Assembly (NCBI GenBank): GCA_964016885.1
Contig: OZ024743.1
Span: 297,290,001 to 297,354,000, forward strand
Source of the DNA: Eledone cirrhosa
Taxonomy: Eukaryota
DNA length: 64,000 bases
Direction of reading: 5' to 3'
Part shown: positions 25,283 through 38,060 of the stretch, one piece after another
Position numbering within the stretch: the stretch's first letter is position 1
How the letters are laid out: each line of letters begins with the position of its first letter
Made by a program: the position numbers and the translations under genes
Notes under the pieces: generated by a model
What the model was told of the DNA's origin: nothing
What the model saw: only the letters and a program-made list of their open reading frames with translations
Databases searched by the model: none

Positions 25283-25558
25283 GATGGCTGCAACATGACT
25301 TCGAGGAACCTGCCTATGGCCAGCAATACCACGCATCGCAAAAAATGTCATATGTCAAGCGATTCCTGTGCTGAAACTTTTTTAAGTGAGGAAAGGCTTT
25401 GCATGAGGCTATCCCACTCTCTGAACATCGAATGCATTTACCCCAAACGAAGAACAGGTCTACATCATTGGATGCAAACGAAGTCACAGGTTTTATATTA
25501 GAGCGATCTTCTAGAGATATATCTTAATGAAGACTAGGAGTGTCTTGCTCCACAAAAA
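25280..25558 (-). mobile_element. RTE-derived element, family Rc
   Basis: Ends GCAGCCATCAT and shares CCCACTCTCT and TTTTAAGTGAG motifs. A related copy lies at about 18990-19160. Confidence 0.65.
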
Positions 25559-25847
25559 TACATACATACATATATACATGAATGCATATATGTATACATG
25601 AATACATACATACATACATGATACATACATTCCATCAGTCAACGCGATCAGTCGCATATTTTGGCGTGGAAGTCTATTTATTAAATTTAAGATGAATACT
25701 ATCTCCGACAGTAATGCCACAACTACAGCCAGGTTGAATAACTGGTTATTCTTCTAACTATCCCTTCTGAAGACACCTTTTATTCGAATTCGTAGAGATA
25801 TCCGACTAAATACATAATTCATTTTACAAGGATTTGCTACAAACAGC

Positions 25848-28800
25848 ATGGCTGAACACAACATCAACAAGAAAATTAAGGAAGTATCGAAGACAAATAA
25901 CAAAGAAGGTAATCAAACTTTATTCAGTTGTAGCTACAGAAGAAACCGAAATTATAAATCGCATTTCTCTTGGAGTTGCGAACTTAATAATGATTTATTT
26001 AATTGTTATAAAATGGCAAAAAACAATCCCTCCATTGGCTATATGAATAGAATGAAGCTACACTGGGACGAAATGCACCCACAGCTAAATTATTTCACAG
26101 CGAAACAATTACGCCAACAAGCGACGTTTGTTGAACGTAAAAATAAGATAAATATTATTAATTGTAAGTCCCCCACAACAAACATGGAATCAACAACACG
26201 TGCTACAGATCGCCATGCTACTAGACTTCCGAGCAGCCACGTCGAACAGCGCCTTGAAACAACTATGCCTGTACCATCTAAGTCTACCTCGAATGCTGGG
26301 GAAAACACTATCGATAATAATAATAATAATAATAATCGAATAAATGTGACACCACGTATACCATCCGAGTCTACCTCGACTGTTGTGGAAAATACTATCG
26401 ATAATTGTTTCTACTTTAGGCACAAGGCCAGCAATTACTAAGTGCATTACTGGTACTTTATTTTATCGACCCCGTAAGGATGAAAGGCAAAGTCAACCTC
26501 GGCGGGATTTGAACTCAGATCGTAAAGAGACGTAACTATGCTGGAAAACATGGCATCCGACCCTCTACCGATACTCCCAAACCACTCGATAATGATAATC
26601 AAAAGTATAAACAATTGAAAATTTCCCTCAACGAAATCTTCCAGAGAGAAATTAACTCATGTATAAATATCTCTCTGGCTGAACGTGTTAAAATGACAAT
26701 GGTGAATAAAAAACCAAATAATGAAATACTACGTGTTATTGACGAAATAGGGGATGAATATTTACGACGGATAAAAACCCCAACATTTTGGCAAATCAAC
26801 GCCTGTTTATATGCCTTAGCAATGACAGTGAAGCATTATCTTGGTGATAGCAGAGATATTAACAAGAACGAAACACCACCAAAAATACCATCATATATAA
26901 CTAAAATAGAAAAAAAGAGTGCTGACCTACGAAAAAACATAGGATATGTGACAATGCTCCTTACATGCAAACAAACACAAAAAAACCTCACTCCTCACCA
27001 ACAAAGAGTGAAAAATAAAATAGAGACGATGTTTGGTAACAGTAGAAACAGAACTCTCCAATATAAGCTGATCACACTCAAACAAGAATTGAGAGCTGTT
27101 AGCGAAACACGCCGATACCTGAAGAAGGTAGATGAGAGAAAAATGCTTAATAAAAGATTCAGACGAAACCAAACATCAGTCTATAGAGATATGAAGGGCA
27201 AAATAATAAGTGTCACTGAGGCCCCATCCCAGAAAGACATAGATTCCTTTTGGAGAAAAATATGGGGTGAAAAGAAGAATTTCAACCAAGATGCAGTGTG
27301 GCTAAGAGAAATCCGAAACAACTATTGTTCCTACACTACAACAAAAACATACGAAATAAGTGAGGGTACCCTTGAGACTGTGATAGGAAAACTCCAAGAT
27401 AAGAAAACACCAGGAAGAGACATGATTGTCGGCTACTGGTACAAAAAACTAATATTCTATCGGAGGTATCTTACTGACCTCTACCAACAAGTTCTTAAGG
27501 GAGATACACTTATACCAGAATGGTTGACATTAGCACAAACGTTACTGGTCCCCAAGAACAAAGACACCCACTTGGCAAAAAACTACCGACCCATTGCATG
27601 CCAGAACCTGATGTATAAGATGTATACAACCTGCCACAACCTATTCCTCCAAGATCACTGTGAAAATAATAACATCATCACAGATGAACAAGCAGCTGGA
27701 AAGAAAAGGGTTTGGGGATGTGCTGAACAACTCCTAATCAACAAAACTGCGATGTCGGAGGTGCAACAACTTAGGAGGAATATGACTTCAGTCTGGCTGG
27801 ACTACAAGAAAGCTTTCGATTCTGTTCCCCACTCTTGTATGATAGAGGCCCTCGAACTTGCTAAAGTCCCAGACATTATTGTCAGAGCCATAGAGAGGCT
27901 GTCTTCTTCTTGGGCTACTATCCTAAGGTTAAAGACAGAGAGGGAGGACTCTATTTTCACTGATAAAATAAAATATTGCAGGGGTATATTTCAGGGGACA
28001 GTCTCTCTGTGATATTGTTCATCTTGTCATTAAACCCCTTGTCCTTTCTGCTCAAGAAATGTGAGGGATACATCATTGGCTCACAGGAGGACAGAAATAC
28101 GAACCTAACTCATAACTTCTTTGTGGACGATCTGAAACTCTATGCCAAGAACATAGATGGGATGAAGAAAAATCTTGACCTGGTTACAACGTTCTCAAAG
28201 GATATAGGAATGGAGTTTGGCCAAGATAAATGCTCATACATGACTGTAAAGCGGGGGAAAACAACAACCCAATCTAGCAACATTGTCATCAATGGTCTAA
28301 CTGTTTCACCGATATCTGATGAGGACTGCTACAGATACCGGGGGATAGATGAGAACATATCCTATAATGGTATCTGTAATAAAGAACGCGTAACCAGGGA
28401 ATACTACACCCGATTAAGAAAGATCTGGTCATCGGAACTCTCTGCGCAAAACAAAACAGTGGCTCACAATGTGTTTGCTGTGCCTGTCCTAACACCAACG
28501 TTTGGAATACTCAATTGAACGATAGACGAAATCCGAGAAGTTGATGTTGGAACTAGAAAAATACTGAACAACACCGGAAACTTCCATATCAACAGTGACA
28601 TAGACCGCCTTTACTTGAAACGTAAGCAGGGAGGCAGAGGCCTAACATCAGTCCAGACAACATTTGAATGTCGCATCATATCTCTCCGACAACATCTACG
28701 AACCTCGAAGCGTAGGAGCCCGCTTCTCGAGCAAGTCTATCTGCATGAAACAGATAAGATCATGAGAGTTGGGAAGGAACTCCGTGAGAGATATTCCCTG

Positions 28801-29688
28801 TGTGATAATCAAAAACTCACACCCAGGGATGTCGCTCAGCAGTATCGCAGTGAATCCATTGTTGAAAAACTGCATGTCTATCAGCAAAAAATCATGCAAG
28901 GATATGTTGACATGAAGCTCCAGAATGATAGTAATATAGCTAAGGAAAGTAGACTATCTTGGACCAACAACCGCTATATTGGCTGCCACTTTGAAAGATA
29001 TGCTTTTGCAATCCAAGAACAGGAGATTAGCACGAAATACCTGATTCACAAAAGAGATAAGGATGCAGGAAAAACACCTAGATGTGATAACAAGTGCAGA
29101 CTCTGCAGAACTAACATCGAGGATATCACCCATGTCATCAGCAGCTGTCCAAAGATGTCATCGCGGTACTATCTACCTATGAGGCATGATGTAGTGGCCA
29201 AAACACTGTACAATGCAGTTCGTAAAAAAGATAGCCCCGATAATAAACACATTAAAAGCTACAACAATGTGGAAGACATCCATGTACATAATATGAAAGA
29301 GTACTGGTGGAATGTTCCAGTAAAAACCCCAATAAAATGCAGGCATAACAGACCAGATATTATGATATGGGACAGGGAGAAGAAAACATGCACAGTAGTG
29401 GAAATTAGCTGCCCAGCAGATGCCAATATAATATCAAAGATTAGTGAAAAGGAGAATATTTATGCAGAACTGATGAGAAATCTGCAGATACTCCACCCTG
29501 ATTACACCTTCAGATTTATGCCTGTGATTATTGGGGCACTGGGATATGTTAGTAACTGCCTCAATACAAATCTTGAGAAGCTAGGCTTCACAGGAACAGA
29601 AAGAACACAACTAGTTAGGAAATTACAAGTACAATCCATTAATGGAACAGTAAAAATATGTAAAACATTCCAAAAATGTTGCATCTAA
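25848..29688 (+). pseudogene. Dong-B RT/RLE polyprotein, about 1217 aa reconstructed
   Basis: Three lesions: SINE insertion 26406-26593, a 1-nt deletion near 27997 in QGDSLS, and TGG>TGA at 28516. The paralog near 34053 has TGG. Confidence 0.88.
26406..26585 (-). mobile_element. SINE family S1 inserted in the Dong-B ORF
   Basis: TSD TCGATAAT at 26398-26405 and 26586-26593. Confidence 0.92.
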
Positions 29689-29991
29689 TAACTGCATATA
29701 CACATGTACAGATACTAAGCATATACACATGCACACATACAACTCAAAACATACACATCCGCACATACAATAACATCCATATCTACACATGCATGCATGC
29801 ATACATAATCTACCTACTTGATGTTGTGTAAATTCCAATGAGAGAGTCTTGTGTCTATGTTAGAAACCGACTCTCTCTCAATTGGTAAAACTTTGTGAAA
29901 TTATAAAACCAGAAGAACATACATACATGCATACATACATACATACATACATACATACATACATACATACATACATACATACATACATACA

Positions 29992-31381
29992 GACAGGATG
30001 AGAATGTCAGATATGATGGACCCATAAATAAGGAGAGAACCAGAACTGAATACCTCAGAAGAGTAAAGAAAATATGGTCATCAGAACTGTCAGCATACAA
30101 CAAATACATTGCCCACAATACTTATGCTGTGCTAATTCTAACGCCAACATTTGGCCTACTGAACTGGTCATTGCAAGAACTAAGTGAGATGGATGTTAGA
30201 ACTCGAAAACTTCTCAGTGTTACTGGGAACTTTAACATCAATGGTGATGTGGATAGGCTATACTTCTCACGCAAGGAAGGTGGCCGGGGTCTAAAATCAA
30301 TATTAACAACATATGAGACTCGGATAGTAACACTGAAGCAACACCTTCAACAGAGGAAAAAGGTTGGCAACCATCTTGCCCAGGTTTATGAGCATGAAAA
30401 AAAAATATCATTAGAATAGCGACTGATCTGGAGGAGAGATATGGAATAAAGCCTGATATAAATCTCTCACCCAGAGAAATCGGAAGATCCTATTCAATGT
30501 TCAAACAAGATAAAAAAATTGACCAATTTACAGAAAAAGTTGTGCATGGATACTTGAAACGCAAAACACAGACCATAGAGGGGATAAACCACTCAAAAAG
30601 CCTGGCATGGAGTTCCGACAAGTTTATGACATCACACCTTGAGGGATATCTCTATGCAATACAGGGACAAGAACTCCCTGCCAAATATCTGCTGCACAAA
30701 AGAGGAGGGCTAGCAGCTGACAATAAATGTAGGCTATGTAAAACAAAGATCGAGGATGTAAGCCACATTGTTGCCAGCTGCGAAAGAATGTCATCTCGCT
30801 ACTACCTCCCCATGAGACACGATGGGATAGCTAGAACCATCTGGAGCGCACTTCGGAAAACGCACTTCGGAAAACAAAATTAACAACAAACGAGGAAGAA
30901 TATATTGAGACAGATGGCACTAAGGAATACTGGTGGAACCTGAAAATAAAAATTGACACCAAATTAAAGCACAACCGGCCTGATATTGTAGTTTGGGACC
31001 ACACATTCTGTTGTGGAGATCAGCTGCCCACTTGATGTAAACGTTGTCAGAAAAATACAGGAGGAGGACATCTACGGACCATTGATGAGGAGTTTACAAA
31101 TCCAGTATCCAAGATACACCTTTAGCTTCATACCCATCATTATTGGTGCTACGGGTTATATACCAACCCGCTTGGACCAAAGTATGACTGAACTTGGATT
31201 TGCGGACAAAAAGCGCAGCTCCCTAATTCATAGTCTGCAAATGGCTACGATAGCTGGCACCTTCAAAATTTGCAAAACATTCTTGCGATTCAAGGGATGA
31301 CAATTTCTTTTCTCTTACAACCTTGCCACCAGGAAGGTGGCCGGTCAAAAAAATATACTCGAAATTAAGAGAAAGAGAAAA
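29992..31381 (+). mobile_element. Dong family A, second 5'-truncated copy
   Basis: Near-identical to 23373-24752. CATA tracts on both sides. Confidence 0.93.
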
Positions 31382-31444
31382 CATACATACATACATACAT
31401 ACATACATACATACATACATACATACATACATACATACATACAT

Positions 31445-32555
31445 TGTCCTTTATGCTTAGGAAATATGAAGGATATGTAATTAATTAACAGGAGGCTGGA
31501 AACATTAATCTAACACATAGCTTCTTTGTGGATGACTTGAAACATTATGCCAAGAATATGAGTGGTATGAAGAAAAACCTTGACCTGGTTACGACGTTCT
31601 CGAAAGATATAGGAATGGAGTTTGGTCAGGATAAAGGTCATATATTATTGTAAAGTGAGGAAAAACTACAAGCCAATCTAGCAACATCTCTATCAATGGC
31701 CTGACTGTTTCGCCAGTATGTAACGAAGATTGCCACAGATACTTGGGGATAGTTGAAATAAAATCTAATGATGGAACGAATAACCAGGAAATATAACAAT
31801 AATAATGGTTTCTTATATAGGCACCACAAGGCCAGCAATTTGGGAGGAGGGGAAAGTCGATTAAATCGACACCAGTGTATGACTGGTAATTTATTTTACC
31901 GACCCCGTAAGGATGAAAGGCAAAGTTAACCTCGGCGGGATTTCAACTTAAATCATAAAGGGCCGTAACTCTATGCTGCAAAGCATGGTGTCTGATCCTC
32001 TACCGATACTGCCAATAATAATAAGAAAATATATGATCTTCTGAAGTCTCTATGCACAATAAATCAGTAGCCCACAATGTGTTTGCTGTATTTGTGCTAA
32101 CACCAACATTTGGACTACTTAACTGGACGCTAGTTGTGATCTGAACCATTGATATTAAAACCAGAAAAGTTCTAACTGGCAACGGAAATTTCCACATCAA
32201 CAGTGACATTAACCGCATCTACCTGAAAGGTAAATAGGGAGGTAGTGGTTTAACAAACAGCATTCGAGCGTCACATTATATCCCTCCGACATCTACGAAC
32301 CACCAAGCGTTGAAGGACATCTATAGAACATCTTTGTCTACATGAGGCAGACAACACCATAATAATTGGGAAGGAGCTCCATGAGAAATACCTTTTGTAT
32401 GATAACCAAAAACTCACACCCAGGGAAATTACCGCAATGAATCCACGGAGGAAAGCTGCATGCTTATCAGCAAAAAAGAAAAAAAGAAAAATGGCTTTGT
32501 TGCCAAAGTGAAAGTGAGGTAGAGAAGCAAAATGGTTTATCTTGGACCAACAATC
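31445..32555 (+). mobile_element. Decayed Dong family B-like fragment, interrupted by a SINE (about 31805-32015, -)
   Basis: FFVDDLKHYAKNMSGMKKNLDLVTTFSKDIGMEFG and GNFHINSDINRIY. Confidence 0.85.
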
Positions 32556-32579
32556 ACATACGGACATACATACATACCT

Positions 32580-32905
32580 AACTGGCACTCCGTCGGTTAC
32601 AACGACGAGTGTTCCAATTGATCCGATCAACAGAACAGCCTGCTCGTGAAATTAACGTGCAAATGGCTGAACATTCCACAGGCACGCGTATCTTTAACGT
32701 AGTTCTCTGGTGGATTCAATGTGACACAGAACGTGACAAGGCTGGCCCTTCGAATTAAAGGTACAACTCATTTTTGCCGGCTGAGTGGACTGGAGCAACA
32801 TAGAATAAAGTGTCTTGCTCAAAGACAGAACGCGCCGCCGGGACTCGAACTCACGACCTTACAGTTGTGAGCCGAATACCTTAACCACAACGTGACGCGC
32901 CTTCA
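32580..32905 (-). mobile_element. tRNA-derived CORE-type SINE
   Basis: Minus strand has A-box GTGGTTAAGG, B-box GAGTTCGAGTCC, GAGCAAGACACTTTAT core, and a tail ending GACGGAGTGCCA. Confidence 0.85.
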
Positions 32906-33102
32906 CACACACATACATACATACATACATACATGCATACATACATACATACATACATGATGGCTGCCCCCTCGTTATCGAGTATGGCCATTGCACGAAG
33001 AGAAAGAAAAAAAAAATAATAATAATAAATAAATAAATAAAAATAAAAAATAAAAAATAAAAAGAAATATATATATATATATATATATACATATACATAC
33101 AC

Positions 33103-33147
<45 letters not shown>

Positions 33148-33248
33148 TACATTAATAACAATAATAATAATAATAATAATAATAACAATAACAACAATAA
33201 TAATATACATATACATATATATATACACACACACGCACACACATAAGC

Positions 33249-33280
<32 letters not shown>

Positions 33281-33454
33281 GATAGCAACTAACAGCGCTG
33301 CGATCGAATGTGGCTTTTTAGCCCAGCCAATGATCTAAAATGTCTTGCACAGAGTCAGCAACCAAAACATTCACTGGGAATAGTCGGCTGTGGTTGGAGT
33401 TCGTGTACTTTTGCATACATACATACATACATACATATATATATACATTCATTA

Positions 33455-33712
33455 TAATGGCTGCCCCCTCGTTATCGAGTATGACCATTGCACGATATAA
33501 TATTATTAATAATTATCAATTAATGCTATCGTGCAATGCCTGTGCGTGAAGATTCTTTTTAAAGTGAGGAAAGACTGTGAACTGAGCCAATCACACTCTC
33601 TGAGCGACAGTAGCTATAACCCGAAAAGAAGAAAAAGATCAACATCATCGGTAACTACTGAGCCGCAGGTTTTATGTCGGAGTTATCCCAGTTTCCCGAG
33701 TTGCCTTCTCCT
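33455..33712 (-). mobile_element. RTE-derived element family Ra (no SINE); 3' stub also at 32957-32998
   Basis: Colinear with 19321-19775 minus the SINE. Confidence 0.75.
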
Positions 33713-33726
33713 ACATACATACATAC

Positions 33727-35452
33727 GTGGTTACAACATTCTTAAAAGATATAGGAATGGAGTTTGGCCAAGATAAATGCTCATATATGACTGTAAAGCG
33801 GGGAAAAACAACAACCCAATCTAGCAACATTGTCATCAATGGCCTAACTGTTTCTCCGATATCTGATGAGGACTGCTACAGATACCGGGGGATAGATGAG
33901 AATATATCCTATAATGGTATCTGTAATGAACGCGTAATCAGGGAATACTACACCCGATTAAGAAAGATTTGGTCATCGGAACTCTCAGCGCAAAACAAAA
34001 CAGTGGCTCACAATGTGTTTGCTGTGCCTGTCCAACGTTTGGAATACTCAATTGGACGATAGACGAAATCCGAGCAGTTGATGTTAGAACTCGAAAAATA
34101 CTAAACAACACCGGAAACTTCCACATCAACAGTGACATAGACCGCCTTTTCATAAAACGTAAGCAGGGAGGGAGAGGCCTAACATCAGTCCAGGCAACAT
34201 TTGAATGTCGCATCTTATCCCTCCGACAACATCTACGAACCTCGAAGCGTAGGACCCCGTCTCTCGAGCAAGTCTATCTGCGTGAAACGGATAAGATCAC
34301 GAGAGTTGGGAAGGAACTCCTTGAAAGATATTCCCTGTGTGATAATCAAAAACTCACACCCAGGGATGTCGCTCAACAGTATCGCAGTGAATCCATGGTT
34401 GAAAAACTGCATGCTTATCAGCAAAAAATCATGCATGGATATATTGCCAGGAAGCTCCAGAGTGAGAGTAATATAGCTAAGGAAAGTAGTCTATCTTGGA
34501 CCAACAACCGCTATATATTTCTCCCACTTTGAAGGATACGCTTTTGCAATCCAAGAACAGGAAAATAACACGAAATACCTGATTCACAAAAGAGATAGGG
34601 ATGCAGGAAAAACACCTAGATGTGATAACAAGTGCAGACTCTGCAGAATTAACATCGAAGATGTCACCCATGTCATCAGCAGCTGTCCAAAGATGTCATC
34701 GTGGTACTATCTACCCATGAGGCATGATGTAGTGGCCAAAACACTGTACAATGCAATCCGTAGAAAAGATAACCTCGATAATAAACACATTAAAAGCTAC
34801 AGCAATGTGGAAGACATACGCATACATAATATGAAAGAGTACTGGTGGAATGTTCCAGTAAAAACCCCAATGAAATGTAGGCATAACAGACCAGATATTA
34901 TATGGGACAGGGAGAAGAAAGCATGCACAGTAGTGGAAATTAGCTGCCCAGCAGATGCCAATATAATATCAAAGATTAGTGAAAAGGAGAATATTTATGC
35001 AGAACGGATGAGAAATTTGTAGATACTGCACCCTGATTACACTTTCAGATTTATGCCTGTGATTATTGGGGCACTGGGATATGTTAGTAACTGCCTCAAT
35101 ACAAATCTTGAGAAGCTAGGCTTCACAGGAACAGAAAGAACACAACTAGTTAGGAAATTACAAGTACAATCCATTAATGGAACAGTAAAAATATGTAAAA
35201 CATTCCAAAAATTTTGCATCTAATAACTGCATATACACATGTACAGATACAAAGCATATACACAGGCACACATACAACTCAAAACATACACATCCACACA
35301 TACAATAACATCCATATCTACACATGCATGCATGCATACATAATCTACCTAGTTGATGTTGTGTACATTCCAATGAGAGAGTCTTGTGTCTATGTTAGAA
35401 ACCGACTCTCCCTCTATTGGGAAAAATTTGTGAAAATATAAAACCAGAAGAA
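33727..35452 (+). mobile_element. Dong family B, 5'-truncated copy
   Basis: Colinear with 28181-29917, with several frameshifts. Preceded by TACATACATACATAC. Confidence 0.92.
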
Positions 35453-35861
35453 CTACGATTTAACGGATACATTTTAGGAAGCTGTTTAAAGTTGTGTTAA
35501 TAGACTGAAGGCAGAAATATGTAAACGGATGAGTAGTAGCAGCAAATATTTCATTAATAATCAAAGAACTGTTTAGATTTTAGCCCCCCCCCTCCCTCTT
35601 CTCTAGAATTTCGATAAAATAGGTCTTTGTAAAGCAAATGTAAAAATGTAACATCCTCGTTTACTCGCGTTTTCATCCGATGTCACTACAATCATACACT
35701 ACCAGCCTCCATTCACACATACATATACATACACACATGAATACAGAGACACACGCAACAGTAAAATATGTATGGTTAATAGCCATGAGCAATCACATGT
35801 GTCATTGAACGATATGCACGCACGCACACACTCACAAACACATTCACACACACATGTGTGC

Positions 35862-35967
<106 letters not shown>

Positions 35968-36123
35968 TGTAATCAGCATCCAAACGAGAAGGCCATTATG
36001 GCTCCCAAAGTCATACACTGAGAGCATTGAACTTTACGAATTAGCTGCACATGAAAGAGATGTTTGAAAGTTCATTCAGTACAAAGGGGCTACTAAGTGT
36101 GCAACTACAAGTAATACTACCAT

Positions 36124-38060
36124 TTCTTCTTCTTCTTCTTCTTCTTCTTCTTCTTCTTCTTCTTCTTCTTCTTCTTCTTCTTCTTCTTCTTCTTCTACGC
36201 CCACTTATACTTGAAAAAGTCATGGGGGTGAGTCCTCAACGACTCCTTCCAGCGTGTCCTGTCAGAAGCAACCATCTCTACATTGAATGGTTCATCGATT
36301 CCACACTCCTGCAGAACCTTCCACAACAGGTCCCTGGAACGCGGTTGTGTGCCTTTTCGAGGTCTATGAAAGAAGTATACAACTCTTGGCAATATTCACA
36401 CGATTTTTCGAAAATCCGCCGCAGTTTGAATATTTGGCCGGCTATGCTGCGCCCGGGGCTAACAACACACTATTAAACAACTAGCTTGGACTAATATCCC
36501 TCTAGCTCTTTTCCAGACTTTACTGAGGAGGCTTAACAAGGAGATCTCTCTATAATTGGAACAATATATCTTCTCTCTCGTCTCTATTTAAGGTTATTTA
36601 CATTTCGGGACGAATTTCATTCTCCCTGGCGGCCTTGCTACATTTCAGATCTTTAATTGTTCTTGTGACCTCAGCCTGCAAGAGGTTAGTCATCGCTCCC
36701 AGATGCACCTCATGTACAGCAGAAGATGCTGTTGTATCTGGGTTTAGGAGATCAGAAATGTATTCTTTCTACCTCGCATGGATGCAGCTCTCTGAACAGA
36801 AGAGAACCTCAGACGCGTTCCTGATAGCACATGTGGAGGACTTCTTATTACGATGTCGGTGGATGGTCAGCCAGAACACTGTATTTGTTGATCGCAACTT
36901 TGATTTCAGCTTAACGCCACAGTCCTTCCATGTTTTAAATTTGGGCACCTTTGCTATCTCTGCTGCGACTTTCGCGCCTGCCTGTACCACAAGTGCAAAG
37001 AGGAGGACTCATTTCCACGCCAAGCTTTGTAACACTCCTTCTTTGCTCAGAGGACATCTTTGACCACTTGATTGAACCAAGTGGTCCTCTTGCCACTCGT
37101 CACACATCAAGCCTCTTTCACCCGCAGTATTTAACAGCTAAGGCAGAAACTGCCGAGCTGAACACCCTCCACTCCGTTTAAACAACCTCAATTCGCTCAG
37201 GAAGTTCTCTGAATTTGGATGAAATAATATCAGCATACCTGGTTTTAACTTCTTTATCCGCCAGCGCTTCCCACTTTATCCTGTAGGTCGAGTTGGACCT
37301 GCCACTTTTCGGGGCTCTCTTGGCTTTAGGTTGTCTCAAGTTGCAGATAACTAGATGGTGATCAGTTGACAGTTCAGCTCTCTTAACACGAACACTTAGC
37401 ACAGAATCGAAGATATCAGATACAATAACAAAATCTATTATTGATCTCTGTCTCTGATTCCCCTTATGCCATGTGTATTTATGGACGTCTTTGTGCTGGA
37501 AGAAGATATTCATAATAGAGAGTCTATTATTAGAACAGAAGTCTGATAAGGACTCTCCATTCGTATTAAGATCGGGATCGCTGTTGCTTCCAATCTCTCC
37601 TTTCCGTATCAGGTCGTTAGTACCAATGTGAGCATTGCAGTCTCTCATTAGAATATATAGCTAAGTTATAACTACATCTAAGACTGCAGTGACTTCACCA
37701 AGAAAGGATCTATATTCGGACTCTCTTTTTGGCGCATAAACTTCTACCTTCCACAGTCACCTATCTTTCAGCCTATGCTTCAAAAAGTAAATCTTCCCTC
37801 AAAATAGGATCCAGTCCATAACACATTCTGACAGACGGGGATTGGGAGTATCCCCACTCCCGTCTATGCACCCATTTCTGTCTCCACACCTGAATAGTGG
37901 GGTTTCCATCTTTCATCCATGTCTACAGTACCTGAACTACGGAACTCTGTTGAGGAACCCCTGACTATATCTAGCTAGTAAAATGGGGCCTCTTCCACTA
38001 GTTCCTGCTCCTTAACTGTTGTGATGTTCTCCGTTCAAATAGTTACAATTTGCTCCCTAC
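36124..38060 (-). mobile_element. Internally deleted RTE-clade LINE with (GAA)n tail
   Basis: APE (RDCNAHIG, NGESLSDFC, SIIDFVIV, STDHHLVIC), then RT start (DLLWKVLQECGI) fused directly to the C-terminus (ASDRTRWKESL..YKWA*), then (AGA)n at 36124-36196. Confidence 0.85.

Larger units (their letters stand above)
25632..29917 (+). mobile_element. Full-length R4/Dong-clade RLE retrotransposon, family B (disrupted)
   Basis: 5'UTR, single ORF 25848-29688 (N-terminal WSCELN..CY..GYMNRMKLHW..P..QLRQQ, RT FFVDDLKLY, CRLCRTNIEDITHVISSC, RHD, HNRPDIMIWD..EISCP..K), 3'UTR, and (CATA)n flanks. Confidence 0.93.
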
